NCBI GenBank assembly: GCA_963741205.1
Contig: CAVUHW010000020.1
Location: forward strand, 160,001-224,000
DNA: 64,000 nucleotides
Source: Nitrospirota bacterium
Lineage (GTDB): Bacteria > Nitrospirota > UBA9217
Reading direction: 5' to 3'
Every line of letters begins with the position of its first letter. Position 1 is the first letter of the stretch. Positions 42,666 to 52,615 of this stretch are shown piece by piece. Position numbers and translations under genes: made by a program. A model generated the notes under the pieces. The model was given only the letters and a program-made list of their open reading frames with translations, was not told where the DNA came from and made no database searches.

Positions 42666-43288
42666 TGATGAGAAAAATATTAATCAGCGCGCTGGCCGCG
42701 GCTATCGCGCTCTCATCCGCGGCGCCGGTATTCGCTCAGCAGGGGCCGCCCGCTGCCCGGTATGACGATAGGGCGGGGCTTGGCAATCCGCATGCGGCCG
42801 GAGGAGCTCCCTCGGAGGAAAAGCGTGAAGAGATCAGAAAAAAAATCGAGGCGGTCAGGATCTGGCGCCTCACGGAAGCGCTGAAGCTCGATGGCCAGAC
42901 GAGCTCGAAGCTGTCTGCCCTGCTCGGCTCCTGTGAGCACCGGAGGAAAGGCATCATCCGCGAGCAGACGGCGACGATGAGAGAAATCCGGCACGCCCTT
43001 ACCTCTACGAAACCGGACACGTCGAAAATCAAGACCGCCCTCGATAAACTGGAAAAGAACCGGCATGCCATGCAAGAGCTCAGGGACGAGGAGCTCAGCG
43101 GAGTCAAGAGCATCCTGACGGTCGAACAACAGGCGCGTTTCCTACTGTTCCAGCAGGATTTCAGGCATGAGATGCAGGGAATCATCGACGATGCCCGGCG
43201 GGGCGGTGCGGGCAGCGGCCCCGCGGGGCCCCCCCCCCGAAAGGGCGATACCGGCGTAAACCGCCCGGAGCGCTCGCAGGCTAATTGA
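42665..43288 (+). CDS. Spy/CpxP-like periplasmic protein
   Basis: Signal peptide, helical body, LTVEQ (LTxxQ) motif. Confidence 0.8.
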   Translation: MMRKILISALAAAIALSSAAPVFAQQGPPAARYDDRAGLGNPHAAGGAPSEEKREEIRKKIEAVRIWRLTEALKLDGQTSSKLSALLGSCEHRRKGIIREQTATMREIRHALTSTKPDTSKIKTALDKLEKNRHAMQELRDEELSGVKSILTVEQQARFLLFQQDFRHEMQGIIDDARRGGAGSGPAGPPPRKGDTGVNRPERSQAN

Positions 43289-43671
43289 GGGAAAGACACC
43301 TGGCTGCACCTAGACGACTCATAAGGAACCGGGTAATTTACCGCCTCTTTTCACTTCAGATGGGCAATCCCCATCCGCGCACGTCTGGCGATCCTCCTCA
43401 ATGTCGCTCATTCCAAAGTATCCCGCTGAATATTCTATCAGTGAGCGTCCCTGACCAATAAACCTGGTTTTAACCAAAAACTAGGTGAAAAAAATGCTTT
43501 TCATTTAAATCTGCCTATGATAGACTAGAATCGGTCAGTGAGATACCTGCCCCGCATGGACTGATTTTTAGAAAACGCCCGTTTCCTGCGGAGCGTGCCA
43601 ATATTCGCACGGGTACATTTGATCTCGAAAAACGATTTTCAGCGAAGAATGTGCAATGCGTCGGAGGCATT

Positions 43672-45699
43672 GTGACGAACACGATCGCCGGAGAACAGCT
43701 GCAGGACCTCTTGAGGACCGAGATGTGGCGGGACCACTTCACGGCCCTTTCCGAGAGCCTCGGATTTTCTCTGAGTGTTTATTCACAGTCGGGAACACTG
43801 ATCATGGCTCCTCCCGGCCCGTTTCCCCTCTGCCCGGCGTTCCGCTCGGCCTCCTCCTCGTTCAACGCGCATTGCGACGCGCAATGCCTGACCCGGGCGT
43901 TAAACACCCTGTCGACGAATAAACCCGACGTCTTCAAGTGTCAAGCAAAAATAGTGAGTTTCGCCCTTCCTATCGAATACCGGGGAGATAGAGCGGTCAT
44001 TCTCGGGCAGGGGTCGTTCTCCTCGTACAACGATTTCCGTGAATACATGAACAGCGTGGATGCCGGTGACCTTGACTCGGTTTCCATACCCCTCCCGACG
44101 TCCTTTACGACCTTCGAACAGGCGTGGAAAGTCTGCGGTTTTGTGGCCGACTCCGTGATGAGGCTCCTGAAAAACACCCAGGAAACCGCGAGTCTCAGGG
44201 AAAAGTTCGGACGCTTGAAAGATTTCATTGCAATGTGCGGTACGCTCGAAGAGGAGCGGCCCGAAACGTTGTATAAACACATGATAAGCAAGCTGGCCTC
44301 GCTGTTTGACCTCGGTCATGTCTCCATTTTTATCGATGAAAAAAAACAGGGAATCTTTACGAACCGCGTCGGCCTGGAAAGCGGAGGCGGGTCGCGAGAT
44401 CTCTTCAGCATCATCGACCATGATACGATCGTTGAGGATTTGATCGGCGGCAAAGCGTTCGTCCGCGCCTCGGGCCCTTCGGGAGCACGCGGCGCCGGCC
44501 CCCTCCCCGGACATGAGGACCTCTATTTTTTCCCCATCATGATCAACAAGAGGCTTGAGGGCATCCTCTATGCTGCCGGCAAGAATCTCACGGAGGGCGA
44601 TACGCAAATGATCATCGCATTCTGCAGGCAAGCCGCCCTGTCTATCGAGAACCAGCGTCTCCATCAAAAGCTCTACAGGAAGTTCGACCGGTTCGCCGCG
44701 ATTGCGGAGCTGACAAAATCCATAACACCCATCCAGAATTACGATAAGCTGATCAGGACGATCCTTGAGCAGTCCATCTCTTTGCTCAGGGCGGAGCGGG
44801 GCTCCCTGATGCTCATCGACCAAGAGAGCGACGACCTGCTCCTCGAGGCGCAACAAGGCGCAGTGAACGGCGTGGTAGAAAAGCTCAGAATCAACCGGGG
44901 CGAAGGGATAGCCGGCAAGGTGGCCGAATTCGGAGAACCCATCCTTGTCGAAGACCTTGAACACGATCCGAGGATCATGCAGAAAAACAGGTATCACTAC
45001 AAAACGCGTTCTTTCGTCAGCGTCCCGCTCAAGATCGATGAACGCATCATCGGCGTGCTCAACCTTTCCGATAAGATATCCGGAGAGGTGTTCGATGAAG
45101 ACGACCTCAAGCTTATTCAGTCTTTTGTAACGCAGGCCGCCATCGTCATGGAACGACAGCATTTTATCAATCAAACCGAGGAACTCAAAAAACTGACCAA
45201 CACAGATCCCCTGACGGGCCTCCCGAACCGCAGATATCTTTATGAACGGCTGAAAAACGAATTGGCAAGGGCTGATCGACACATCCGCCCTCTCTGCCTT
45301 CTGATGCTTGATCTGGACGGGTTCAAGGCGTGCAACGACACCCTGGGCCATCTTTTCGGAGACAGGATCCTGAAAAACATAGCAGACGCCGTATTTCACA
45401 CCGTGCGCTCCATGGACATCGTAGCGCGATACGGCGGTGATGAGTTCATGATAATTCTTCCCGAGACTGAAGAACCGCTGGCGATGGATATCGCGGAGCG
45501 GGTGCGGAATAATATCAGAAGGCAGGTGACGCTGCCCCGGGATGCGTCCTCAGAGGGACCGCATACCCTGACGGCCAGTATCGGAATCGCCTGCTTTCCC
45601 GAACACGGGGAAACGGTCGAACTTCTTCTTGAGCATGTTGACAAGGCGTTGTACCGCGCCAAGGAGAAGGGGAAAAACAGAATAGAGGTCTTTTCCTAA
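43672..45699 (+). CDS. Cytoplasmic diguanylate cyclase with PocR-like sensor and two GAF domains
   Basis: Cys-containing N-terminal domain (C...C...C...FKC.A...F..PI...ILGQ), GAFs, RSMD I-site, GGDEF. Confidence 0.88.
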   Translation: MTNTIAGEQLQDLLRTEMWRDHFTALSESLGFSLSVYSQSGTLIMAPPGPFPLCPAFRSASSSFNAHCDAQCLTRALNTLSTNKPDVFKCQAKIVSFALPIEYRGDRAVILGQGSFSSYNDFREYMNSVDAGDLDSVSIPLPTSFTTFEQAWKVCGFVADSVMRLLKNTQETASLREKFGRLKDFIAMCGTLEEERPETLYKHMISKLASLFDLGHVSIFIDEKKQGIFTNRVGLESGGGSRDLFSIIDHDTIVEDLIGGKAFVRASGPSGARGAGPLPGHEDLYFFPIMINKRLEGILYAAGKNLTEGDTQMIIAFCRQAALSIENQRLHQKLYRKFDRFAAIAELTKSITPIQNYDKLIRTILEQSISLLRAERGSLMLIDQESDDLLLEAQQGAVNGVVEKLRINRGEGIAGKVAEFGEPILVEDLEHDPRIMQKNRYHYKTRSFVSVPLKIDERIIGVLNLSDKISGEVFDEDDLKLIQSFVTQAAIVMERQHFINQTEELKKLTNTDPLTGLPNRRYLYERLKNELARADRHIRPLCLLMLDLDGFKACNDTLGHLFGDRILKNIADAVFHTVRSMDIVARYGGDEFMIILPETEEPLAMDIAERVRNNIRRQVTLPRDASSEGPHTLTASIGIACFPEHGETVELLLEHVDKALYRAKEKGKNRIEVFS

Positions 45700-45700
45700 T

Positions 45701-47371
45701 ATGCTGTTCAGTCCACTCCGGAATAATGATTTTGTCGACAGACAGGAAGAGCTTTCCAGCCTCTCTGCGCGAATTCTCCAGGCGGACAAGGGCCGGGGGC
45801 GGAGCGCCGTGCTGTCAGGCCCCCGCGGCGTCGGGAAGACGGAGTTGCTCAGGCGCCTCTTCGGCGATCTGTTCTGGAAGCAGGACCGTGTGGCCCCTTT
45901 CCAGTTCACCGTCAATCCGGCGCTGCTGTCCGTAGCGGCATTTTCCAAATCATATCTCTGCCGGTTTCTCTGTCAACGTCTCGCGTTTCAGAAACGGGAG
46001 CAGGCCCTGCTGTATCGTGACGGGATGTCCATCGACGCGCTGTCGACTCTCGCCGAGGAGATGGATGCGGTATGGGCCAAGGAGATACTTGACCAGTACG
46101 CGCAGAATTCCGGCGATCCCCTGGACGCTTTCCGTATTGCCCTTGCAGCCCCGCGCAGTTCAGTCCTTGCCACAGGGATGCCCGTCGCGGTTCTGATCGA
46201 CGATTTTCACTGGCTCCAGGGCCTCCATCTCGACAGCAACCCCGATCCCCGGCTGGTATCGCTCTTCGAAGAACCGGTGTCGTACGGGAAAACGCCCCAT
46301 CTGATCACGGGAAATGCAGCCCAGCTTCAGGATATGCCCATCGCCGGCAGTCTTGAGCGCATACCCGTGCAACCGCTCGGCCCCTCAGGGACGTCGTCGA
46401 GAACACTCTCCCTGCTGACTGCGCATCAAGCCCAGGGTGAGGTGCCTGCTCTTCTGCTACAGCGTCTCGGCGGAAACCCGCTGTACCTGGACTGCGTCGT
46501 CACCAGGGCGTGCGTGTCGAACAATCCAACGGAAAAGGATTTTTGGAACGCCTACACCCGGGAGATCACGGAAGGGAAACTCTCCCTCTTCTGGCTGTCC
46601 GCCTTGAAGCGCGCCTTCCCGGACCTGGGGCTGCGCAGAGTCGCCCTCGCAATGACCTACAAAATCTATCATGCCGCCGAGCCCTTATCCTGCGAGCGGC
46701 TTGCAAAATCTTTTTCCCTGACGGAGAGCCGCGCGCATGACACAGCAAATGCCCTCTACCTCGCGGGTTTCATCCGTGGAGAGTTCGGCGTCTTCAGGGC
46801 GGTGGAAGACCCCGTTGTGAAGGATATTATCGAGAGCCTCTACATGAAAGAAATCCTTGGGAAGTCTTCTCATGACCTGGAGAAAAACCTCCTCGACAAG
46901 CTGCTGCCGCAAAAGGAGCCCGTCTTCCGCTTTGACATGGTCCTTCCGCTGACCAAGGATGCGGAACTCGTTGCGGCCAGGAGCCTTGAGCAAATAGGCA
47001 AGAACCTGAACCTCAACCAGGATGCCGTTGGTCAGATGCAGATAGCCTTCATCGAGGCCTGCATCAACGCAATGGAACACGGGCGGGGCAGCGAGGGAAA
47101 GGTCTACGTCAACATTGCCGCTGACGATGATCGATTGGAGGTTTCGGTTGAAAGCGCCGGGCAGGAGTTTATCATTCAGGAGACCGGCGAGCCCTTCGGT
47201 GACCGGGAAGCAAAGAAAGCATCGGGGAGAGGATGGGGCCTGAAATTGATCAAGCGCTTCGTCGATGATGTCAAGTTTGAAAAAACCGCTCGCGGCACAA
47301 AAGTCGTGCTCGTCAAAAAATTTGCAAAGTCCGCGGCCATTCAGGAGGAGTATACCGCAAACCATGAGTAA
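45701..47371 (+). CDS. P-loop (AAA/STAND-like) ATPase fused to an RsbW-like HATPase Ser/Thr kinase
   Basis: FVDR.EE, GPRGVGKT, VLIDD, GGNPLYL; C-terminal EACINAMEHG and GRGWGL..I..FVD.V. Confidence 0.8.
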   Translation: MLFSPLRNNDFVDRQEELSSLSARILQADKGRGRSAVLSGPRGVGKTELLRRLFGDLFWKQDRVAPFQFTVNPALLSVAAFSKSYLCRFLCQRLAFQKREQALLYRDGMSIDALSTLAEEMDAVWAKEILDQYAQNSGDPLDAFRIALAAPRSSVLATGMPVAVLIDDFHWLQGLHLDSNPDPRLVSLFEEPVSYGKTPHLITGNAAQLQDMPIAGSLERIPVQPLGPSGTSSRTLSLLTAHQAQGEVPALLLQRLGGNPLYLDCVVTRACVSNNPTEKDFWNAYTREITEGKLSLFWLSALKRAFPDLGLRRVALAMTYKIYHAAEPLSCERLAKSFSLTESRAHDTANALYLAGFIRGEFGVFRAVEDPVVKDIIESLYMKEILGKSSHDLEKNLLDKLLPQKEPVFRFDMVLPLTKDAELVAARSLEQIGKNLNLNQDAVGQMQIAFIEACINAMEHGRGSEGKVYVNIAADDDRLEVSVESAGQEFIIQETGEPFGDREAKKASGRGWGLKLIKRFVDDVKFEKTARGTKVVLVKKFAKSAAIQEEYTANHE

Positions 47372-47723
47372 TTTTTCCTTATCGTCGAAAGCCGAACAAG
47401 TAAATATTGCCGTCATGATGCCCCACGGATATATTAATGACATGGGGGCTGCGAGTCTGGAGCAGATGAGCGAGCAGTTTCTGGACCATGGTTTGAAAAA
47501 GCTCGTCGTCAATTTTGCAGACGTGCAATTTATCAATACCATCGGGCTCTCCATTTTTCTGAGCATCGTTCAGAAAACGCTGGAATTCAAGAGCATGCTC
47601 TGCTTCACGAATATGAAGAAAGACCATCGCGAGATCTTCGAGATGGCGGGCCTGATGAAGTACGTCAAGGTCTTCAAGGACGAAGTCGACGCCTTCAACT
47701 ATTTGAACGGGAGAAATAATTAG
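47364..47723 (+). CDS. STAS-domain anti-anti-sigma factor-like protein
   Basis: LVVNFADVQFINTIG...IFEMAGL. Confidence 0.88.
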   Translation: MSNFSLSSKAEQVNIAVMMPHGYINDMGAASLEQMSEQFLDHGLKKLVVNFADVQFINTIGLSIFLSIVQKTLEFKSMLCFTNMKKDHREIFEMAGLMKYVKVFKDEVDAFNYLNGRNN

Positions 47724-47724
47724 C

Positions 47725-48948
47725 ATGGCGAATAACACCCTTCGCCTCAAGCGCCTGATGTTTAGCATCGCGTCCTTGATCGATCTGGGTCAGGAGGCAA
47801 CGTCCGCGAAGGTCTTGTCCGAAAAAATGAAAGCGGCCCTCTATGTCATTACGGGGACCTTTTCCGTGCCGACAGGGGCTCTGTTCGTGTATCACCCTCA
47901 AAGAAAAAATCTCAGGCTCCTCGCCGAAAAGGGGTTTCGCGAGAAGGACCTCCGGGAAATAAAGCTGGGTGTCCAGCCGGGACAAATAAAGTCTTTCAGG
48001 ATGAACGCCCCGCACTCCCTAAAAGACATCTCAGGGAGTTCGTTTTTCAGACAAAATAAAGACGCGTTCATGAAATTGCAGACGCGGATATTTCTTCCGC
48101 TCTTCGCCAAAGAGGAGTTTATCGGCGTCATCCTGCTCGGGAGGAAACTCGGCAATGCCCCCTACCGTCAGGGAGAGAAAGATGTCCTCACGGTGATAGC
48201 GCATCAAATGGCGATCACGCTGCATCATGCCCAGCTTTTCCTGGAACTGGCCAGGAAAGCCTCTGAAAACAGGAGGCTCTACAAAAATATGCAGCGGATC
48301 TACCACGACACGATCCAGGCATTTGCAACCGCTATCGACGCCAAGGACGGGTATACCAAGGACCATTCCTACCGGGTGGCGAGTTATGCCGTAGCGATCG
48401 CCAAGGAACTCGGATGGAAGAAAAAAGACGTGGAAGGGATCTATATCGCAGGATTGCTTCATGACATCGGGAAAATCATCATCGACACGAAAATCATCAG
48501 GAAAGACACAAAACTCACAGCAACCGAGTACAACGAAATCAGAAAGCATCCGCAGATATCATACGACATCCTCTCGAAGGTCAAGTTCCCCTGGAAGAAC
48601 ATAGACTTTTTCGTTCGCCATCACCATGAACGCATGGACGGGAAAGGATACCCCGATGCGCTCATCTCGGGCCAATTGAGCGAAGGCGTCAAGATCCTTG
48701 CCCTGGTCGATGCCTTTGACGCCATGACCACGGACCGCCCGTACCGGCATAGGCTGGGCCTTGATGAAACATTCACGGAAGTCATTAAATGCTGCGGGAC
48801 GCAATTTGACGAAAAGATCACGAAGACGTTTTTCACCTTGCTGCTCAGGGAATTAAGCGGCGAGGTCAAGGATCTGCAGATACTTCCCCTCCTCGATCAA
48901 GCTCAGACAGGTACTTTTACGGCCGTCCGTTTAGACACCGATATGTAG
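47725..48948 (+). CDS. GAF-HD-GYP c-di-GMP phosphodiesterase
   Basis: D.YT..HS.RV, LLHDIGK, HHER.DG.GYP. Confidence 0.92.
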   Translation: MANNTLRLKRLMFSIASLIDLGQEATSAKVLSEKMKAALYVITGTFSVPTGALFVYHPQRKNLRLLAEKGFREKDLREIKLGVQPGQIKSFRMNAPHSLKDISGSSFFRQNKDAFMKLQTRIFLPLFAKEEFIGVILLGRKLGNAPYRQGEKDVLTVIAHQMAITLHHAQLFLELARKASENRRLYKNMQRIYHDTIQAFATAIDAKDGYTKDHSYRVASYAVAIAKELGWKKKDVEGIYIAGLLHDIGKIIIDTKIIRKDTKLTATEYNEIRKHPQISYDILSKVKFPWKNIDFFVRHHHERMDGKGYPDALISGQLSEGVKILALVDAFDAMTTDRPYRHRLGLDETFTEVIKCCGTQFDEKITKTFFTLLLRELSGEVKDLQILPLLDQAQTGTFTAVRLDTDM

Positions 48949-49028
48949 ACATCCGCAAGCACCGGCGCGGATGATTCCTCCCTTCCTTATGGTACCGCCC
49001 TCCGAATCATGATTATCTTCACTGTGTA

Positions 49029-49058
49029 TTGACAAACAACCCGCCGAGCCCGTATAAT
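49029..49058 (+). promoter_or_regulatory. Sigma70 promoter
   Basis: TTGACA-18-TATAAT. Confidence 0.75.
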
Positions 49059-49090
49059 CCCCGGACCCCTGGGGAAAGGCGACGGTGCTC

Positions 49091-49705
49091 ATGAAAAGAA
49101 TCGTAAAAAAATACGAGAAGTTTCTCAATCTGACCACGGAGCAGTTCCGTGAAGCGACGAAGAAAAACAAGGTGAATTGCAAGCGAGGCTGCCATGAATG
49201 CTGTTCAGTGGGTTTCTTCGACATCACGCTGCTCGATGCGCTCTATCTGAGGGAAGGCCTCAAAAAGATCCCCGCCGGCATCAGAAAGCGCGTTGTGGAC
49301 AAGGCGAACGAGCAGTTGGACATTCTAGAGAAGAAAGGCGCCTTCTCCCGGAAGGACCCCCTTCTCAAAACACTGCCTGCAATCGACTCCATCTCCCGCC
49401 GCTCCGCCAAGATGCGCTGCCCGGCCCTCGACGACGAGGGCGTCTGCCTGATCTACGATATCCGCCCCCACATCTGCCGTATCTTCGGTCCTACGGTCCG
49501 CGGCAAAAGGCGCGCGGTGAGGCTTGAAGGCTGTGGCTATTTTGTCCACGATTTACCCGAGGAGGATTACCCAATCCTGGACCATTACGCCGACGAGGAC
49601 GTACTGCGCAAAGCCATGTTCGTCAAGGCCGGGCGCAAGCGGATCCGCGAGGTGGACACCATCATCCCAGCTGCTTTGGCCCTGGACCTGGAGAAGTGGC
49701 TGTAA
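49091..49705 (+). CDS. YkgJ-family (CxxCxxCC) cysteine cluster protein
   Basis: CKRGCHECC and CP.L....C.IY..RP..CR. Confidence 0.88.
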   Translation: MKRIVKKYEKFLNLTTEQFREATKKNKVNCKRGCHECCSVGFFDITLLDALYLREGLKKIPAGIRKRVVDKANEQLDILEKKGAFSRKDPLLKTLPAIDSISRRSAKMRCPALDDEGVCLIYDIRPHICRIFGPTVRGKRRAVRLEGCGYFVHDLPEEDYPILDHYADEDVLRKAMFVKAGRKRIREVDTIIPAALALDLEKWL

Positions 49706-49712
49706 AGAAAAC

Positions 49713-49795
49713 GAAGTAAGAAGTCAGAAGGATGAAGTAAGAAAATATTTCGGATCAGCCGCATCTTTATTCTGACTTCTTAATTCTTACTTCTG
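49713..49795. repeat. Inverted heptamer repeat array (AGAAGTM / KACTTCT)
   Basis: gaagtaagaagtcagaa...ttctgacttct...ttcttacttct. Confidence 0.6.
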
Positions 49796-49809
49796 CCTTG
49801 ACATACCTC

Positions 49810-50358
49810 ATGGAAATCATCAGTAAAAAAGTCGTCTGGCAGGGCAAGTTCATGAGCGCCGTGGAGATCACCTACCGCGACGCCCGGGGCGTACTCCGTA
49901 CGTGGGAGGCCCTGGAGCGGCTGGGGGTCGGCGGGATAGTTGTAATGGTCGCAGTCACGCCGGCCGGCAATGTCATACTCGAAAAACAGTTCCGGCCGCC
50001 GGTCGGCAGGGAGGTGCTGGAACTCCCCGCCGGCCTCGTCGAACCCGATGAGTCCATGGAGGTCGCTGCGAAACGCGAACTCATCGAGGAAACGGGCTGG
50101 TCTGCGGGCAGGCTCGAATTCCTTGCCGAGGGGCCCATATCAACCGGGGCCTCGACTGAGGCGCTTCGCGCCTATCTTTGTACTGACCTTGACTATGTCG
50201 GGAAAAACGGCGGAGATGATAACGAGATCATTGAGGTCATCGAGGTCCCAATCCAGCATGCCCAGGAATATCTTCGCACTGCCCAGTTAAAAGGCACCCT
50301 CATCGACCTCAAGGTGTTTGGGTTGGTGGAACTGGCGAGAAAAGAGCTGGGCCTTTAG
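49810..50358 (+). CDS. NUDIX hydrolase (ADP-ribose pyrophosphatase-like)
   Basis: QFRPP; ELPAG...E.....AKREL.EETG Nudix box. Confidence 0.92.
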   Translation: MEIISKKVVWQGKFMSAVEITYRDARGVLRTWEALERLGVGGIVVMVAVTPAGNVILEKQFRPPVGREVLELPAGLVEPDESMEVAAKRELIEETGWSAGRLEFLAEGPISTGASTEALRAYLCTDLDYVGKNGGDDNEIIEVIEVPIQHAQEYLRTAQLKGTLIDLKVFGLVELARKELGL

Positions 50359-50384
50359 CGGCGGGGATATTTCCTGAAACAGGG

Positions 50385-50530
50385 GAATATCCCTTTTTCC
50401 TGGCACCTCAAACCCTGTCATCCTTGAGGTCGGGTTGCCGGCTGCGGATTTCGTCAGCGGTACACCTGGATTGCAAGCACTCCCCTCCTTCGCGACCGTC
50501 ACTGATAGTCCACGAACTCGCGGGATATTC
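50385..50530 (-). ncRNA. Candidate structured ncRNA, 6S-like
   Basis: Ends are complementary (gaatatccc/gggatattc); minus strand has CCC..GAGTTCGTG at the 5' end and ACCT...AGGGTTTGA near the 3' end, reminiscent of 6S RNA. Confidence 0.4.
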
Positions 50531-50582
50531 TCCACAGAACCTATGGTGAAGCGCTCCCCCCTGGATATTCGTGATGATGTCG

Positions 50583-51095
50583 TCAGTCCTTCCCTTCCTC
50601 GATCGCAAGCGCTACGGCACCGGTGGAGGGATCGGGAACGCTCCACCGCAGCACCCACCGTGACAGGGTTGTCCGGACAGGAGGGGAATCGGCAGAACGG
50701 CGGTATTCCGCCCATGCAACAAGATCGAACCTCCAGTTCAGTGCCGCACGATATCCGAACATGTGGACCTTGCTCGCGGTCCCGGGGTGTGCAGGGAGCA
50801 GAAGGTCGTACACGTCCCAGCTGACGGTGCCACCGGGCGGGATCGATGCAACAGCCTTGCCGGGGAAGGCGCCGGAGACATCCTGGACCGTGCCTCCCTC
50901 CTGGCCGAGCGTCGCGTGCGGGACGATGCTGACCAGCTCCGCAGGGCACGCATTGCGTATTGTCAGGACCGCCCTGGTAAAGTGGATCTCCTTCCCGCCG
51001 CTCGCTGCCAGGCGTGAAGCAGCGGGCTCCAATGAGACAACGAGGCAGCGTTCCTGGTCCTCCCCTCCTGCAGTTCCCTCCCCTTTGTCCGGCAT
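50583..51095 (-). CDS. Hypothetical protein
   Basis: 170-aa ORF with GGAGG RBS, co-oriented downstream of the radical SAM gene. Confidence 0.65.
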   Translation of the reverse strand: MPDKGEGTAGGEDQERCLVVSLEPAASRLAASGGKEIHFTRAVLTIRNACPAELVSIVPHATLGQEGGTVQDVSGAFPGKAVASIPPGGTVSWDVYDLLLPAHPGTASKVHMFGYRAALNWRFDLVAWAEYRRSADSPPVRTTLSRWVLRWSVPDPSTGAVALAIEEGKD

Positions 51096-51165
51096 GGCCC
51101 ACCTCCTCTCACAAGCGTCTTGTCCTTAGTATATCACGGCCTGGTGCGGCGGCAGTCCTCCCCCC

Positions 51166-52455
51166 TCATGAGAGGCAGTGGAACAGGCCGGTACACCAGA
51201 GACAGGCCCCGCAGGGGACCTGCCCAAGATAGCAGTCCTGCTCGAACTCCTCTTCGCTCACATAGTCGCATAGAGCGAAACCGCAGTCGAAACAAAAAGG
51301 GAACTGGTACCCGAGCACGCGTTCCCGGAAGGAACGGGAGGCAGCGTCGTTCCAGATGTCCAGGATGTCCCGGTCGCGCACGTTGCCGAGGACCCAGGGT
51401 TTCACCTGCTTGGCAACACCGCCTACATAGCAAGCATAACGGTGCCAGAGAAAATAGCAGGGATGGATGTTGCCGTCCCAGGAGACGAAAGCGCTGTTCC
51501 CTTCGACGAACTCGCACTTCCTCGTATTGCGGGGCGCCATGCCCGGAAGCGTCAACTCCACGCCTGCCTCCTGCGCGGCTTGCCGGGCCTCGTCAAAGAC
51601 CTTCTCAACCGACGCGAACCATTCCTCGTCCCGCCTGAGCAACCTGTCCAGGTGCAGGGTGATGCCCTGTGCCTCGGCATCGTTCCTCATCTGTCCCACA
51701 AGCTGCACGATGCGTACTTCATCCGGAGAATGACCAACCTTCGTGAGGGTGGTTAGATAACGGCGGATATCCAGGCCTTCCTGCAGCGCCTTTGCTTTCC
51801 AGTTCTCGTAAACTGCTATGGCAGCGGTCGTATTGGTATCGTAAGCTGTTTGCGCTACGATATCCTGGTGATAGGGAAGAAGCTGGGTGACAATGGCGAA
51901 ACTGGCGCCGGACCTGCCTGCCCAGCGGATCGCTGCCGGAAGGTCGGCAAGGTTGTTCCGCATCAGCACGAACTCGATCCCGATCCTGAGGTCGCGCCCC
52001 CGCCGACTCGCCTTTGCCTTGTTCAGGCTTGCAAAGGCGGCAACGATGCCCCTCATCTCGCCGCCGCTCCGGATGGAACGGAAGCTGTCGTCCGACACCG
52101 TGTCGAGGGAGATGCAGATGCGGCCGAGCCCCGCATCGACGAGCGATGCCGCCCGTTCGTCGGTCAGCAGCATGCCGTTCGACTGGAAACCCACCCAGGC
52201 GCTTTCAGGGAGAAGGGCTCGAGCACGGGAGATGAACGTTTCCAGGTGCGGATGGAGCAGGGGCTCGCCGATGCCGTTCAGAACAAGGGACTCAAGATAG
52301 GGAAAGGCCGGAGCAAGGCGCTCGAAGGTCTCCGGGGACATGGTCCCCTCGGGGATGCCGCCCGTGCCGTTCTGCTTCACGCACATGCCGCATTGCAGGT
52401 TGCAGAGCGTTGTCACTTCGACGAAGAGTTTTACAGGGTACTTGTTCAGTGCCAT
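51166..52455 (-). CDS. Radical SAM/SPASM putative metalloenzyme maturase
   Basis: CNLQCGMC, GIGEPL and a Cys-rich C-terminus (CEF, PCYFLWH, CFDC...C, CGAC.WC...C). Confidence 0.9.
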   Translation of the reverse strand: MALNKYPVKLFVEVTTLCNLQCGMCVKQNGTGGIPEGTMSPETFERLAPAFPYLESLVLNGIGEPLLHPHLETFISRARALLPESAWVGFQSNGMLLTDERAASLVDAGLGRICISLDTVSDDSFRSIRSGGEMRGIVAAFASLNKAKASRRGRDLRIGIEFVLMRNNLADLPAAIRWAGRSGASFAIVTQLLPYHQDIVAQTAYDTNTTAAIAVYENWKAKALQEGLDIRRYLTTLTKVGHSPDEVRIVQLVGQMRNDAEAQGITLHLDRLLRRDEEWFASVEKVFDEARQAAQEAGVELTLPGMAPRNTRKCEFVEGNSAFVSWDGNIHPCYFLWHRYACYVGGVAKQVKPWVLGNVRDRDILDIWNDAASRSFRERVLGYQFPFCFDCGFALCDYVSEEEFEQDCYLGQVPCGACLWCTGLFHCLS

Positions 52456-52615
52456 ACTGAATTATAACCGTTCAATCTCTGAGGGGTATGATGCCGGTCA
52501 TATGCCCATTGCCCGGAAGAACCGCAGTCAGTTACGAATTAAATTCGGATCAAACGGGTAAGCATAGGTTAAATAGATCTGTGGGTGCCGGCGGGATGTC
52601 TGGTATAATACGGGT

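Noticed and set aside
43289-43671. c-di-GMP riboswitch before the DGC operon
   Set aside because: The conserved GEMM motif elements could not be identified.
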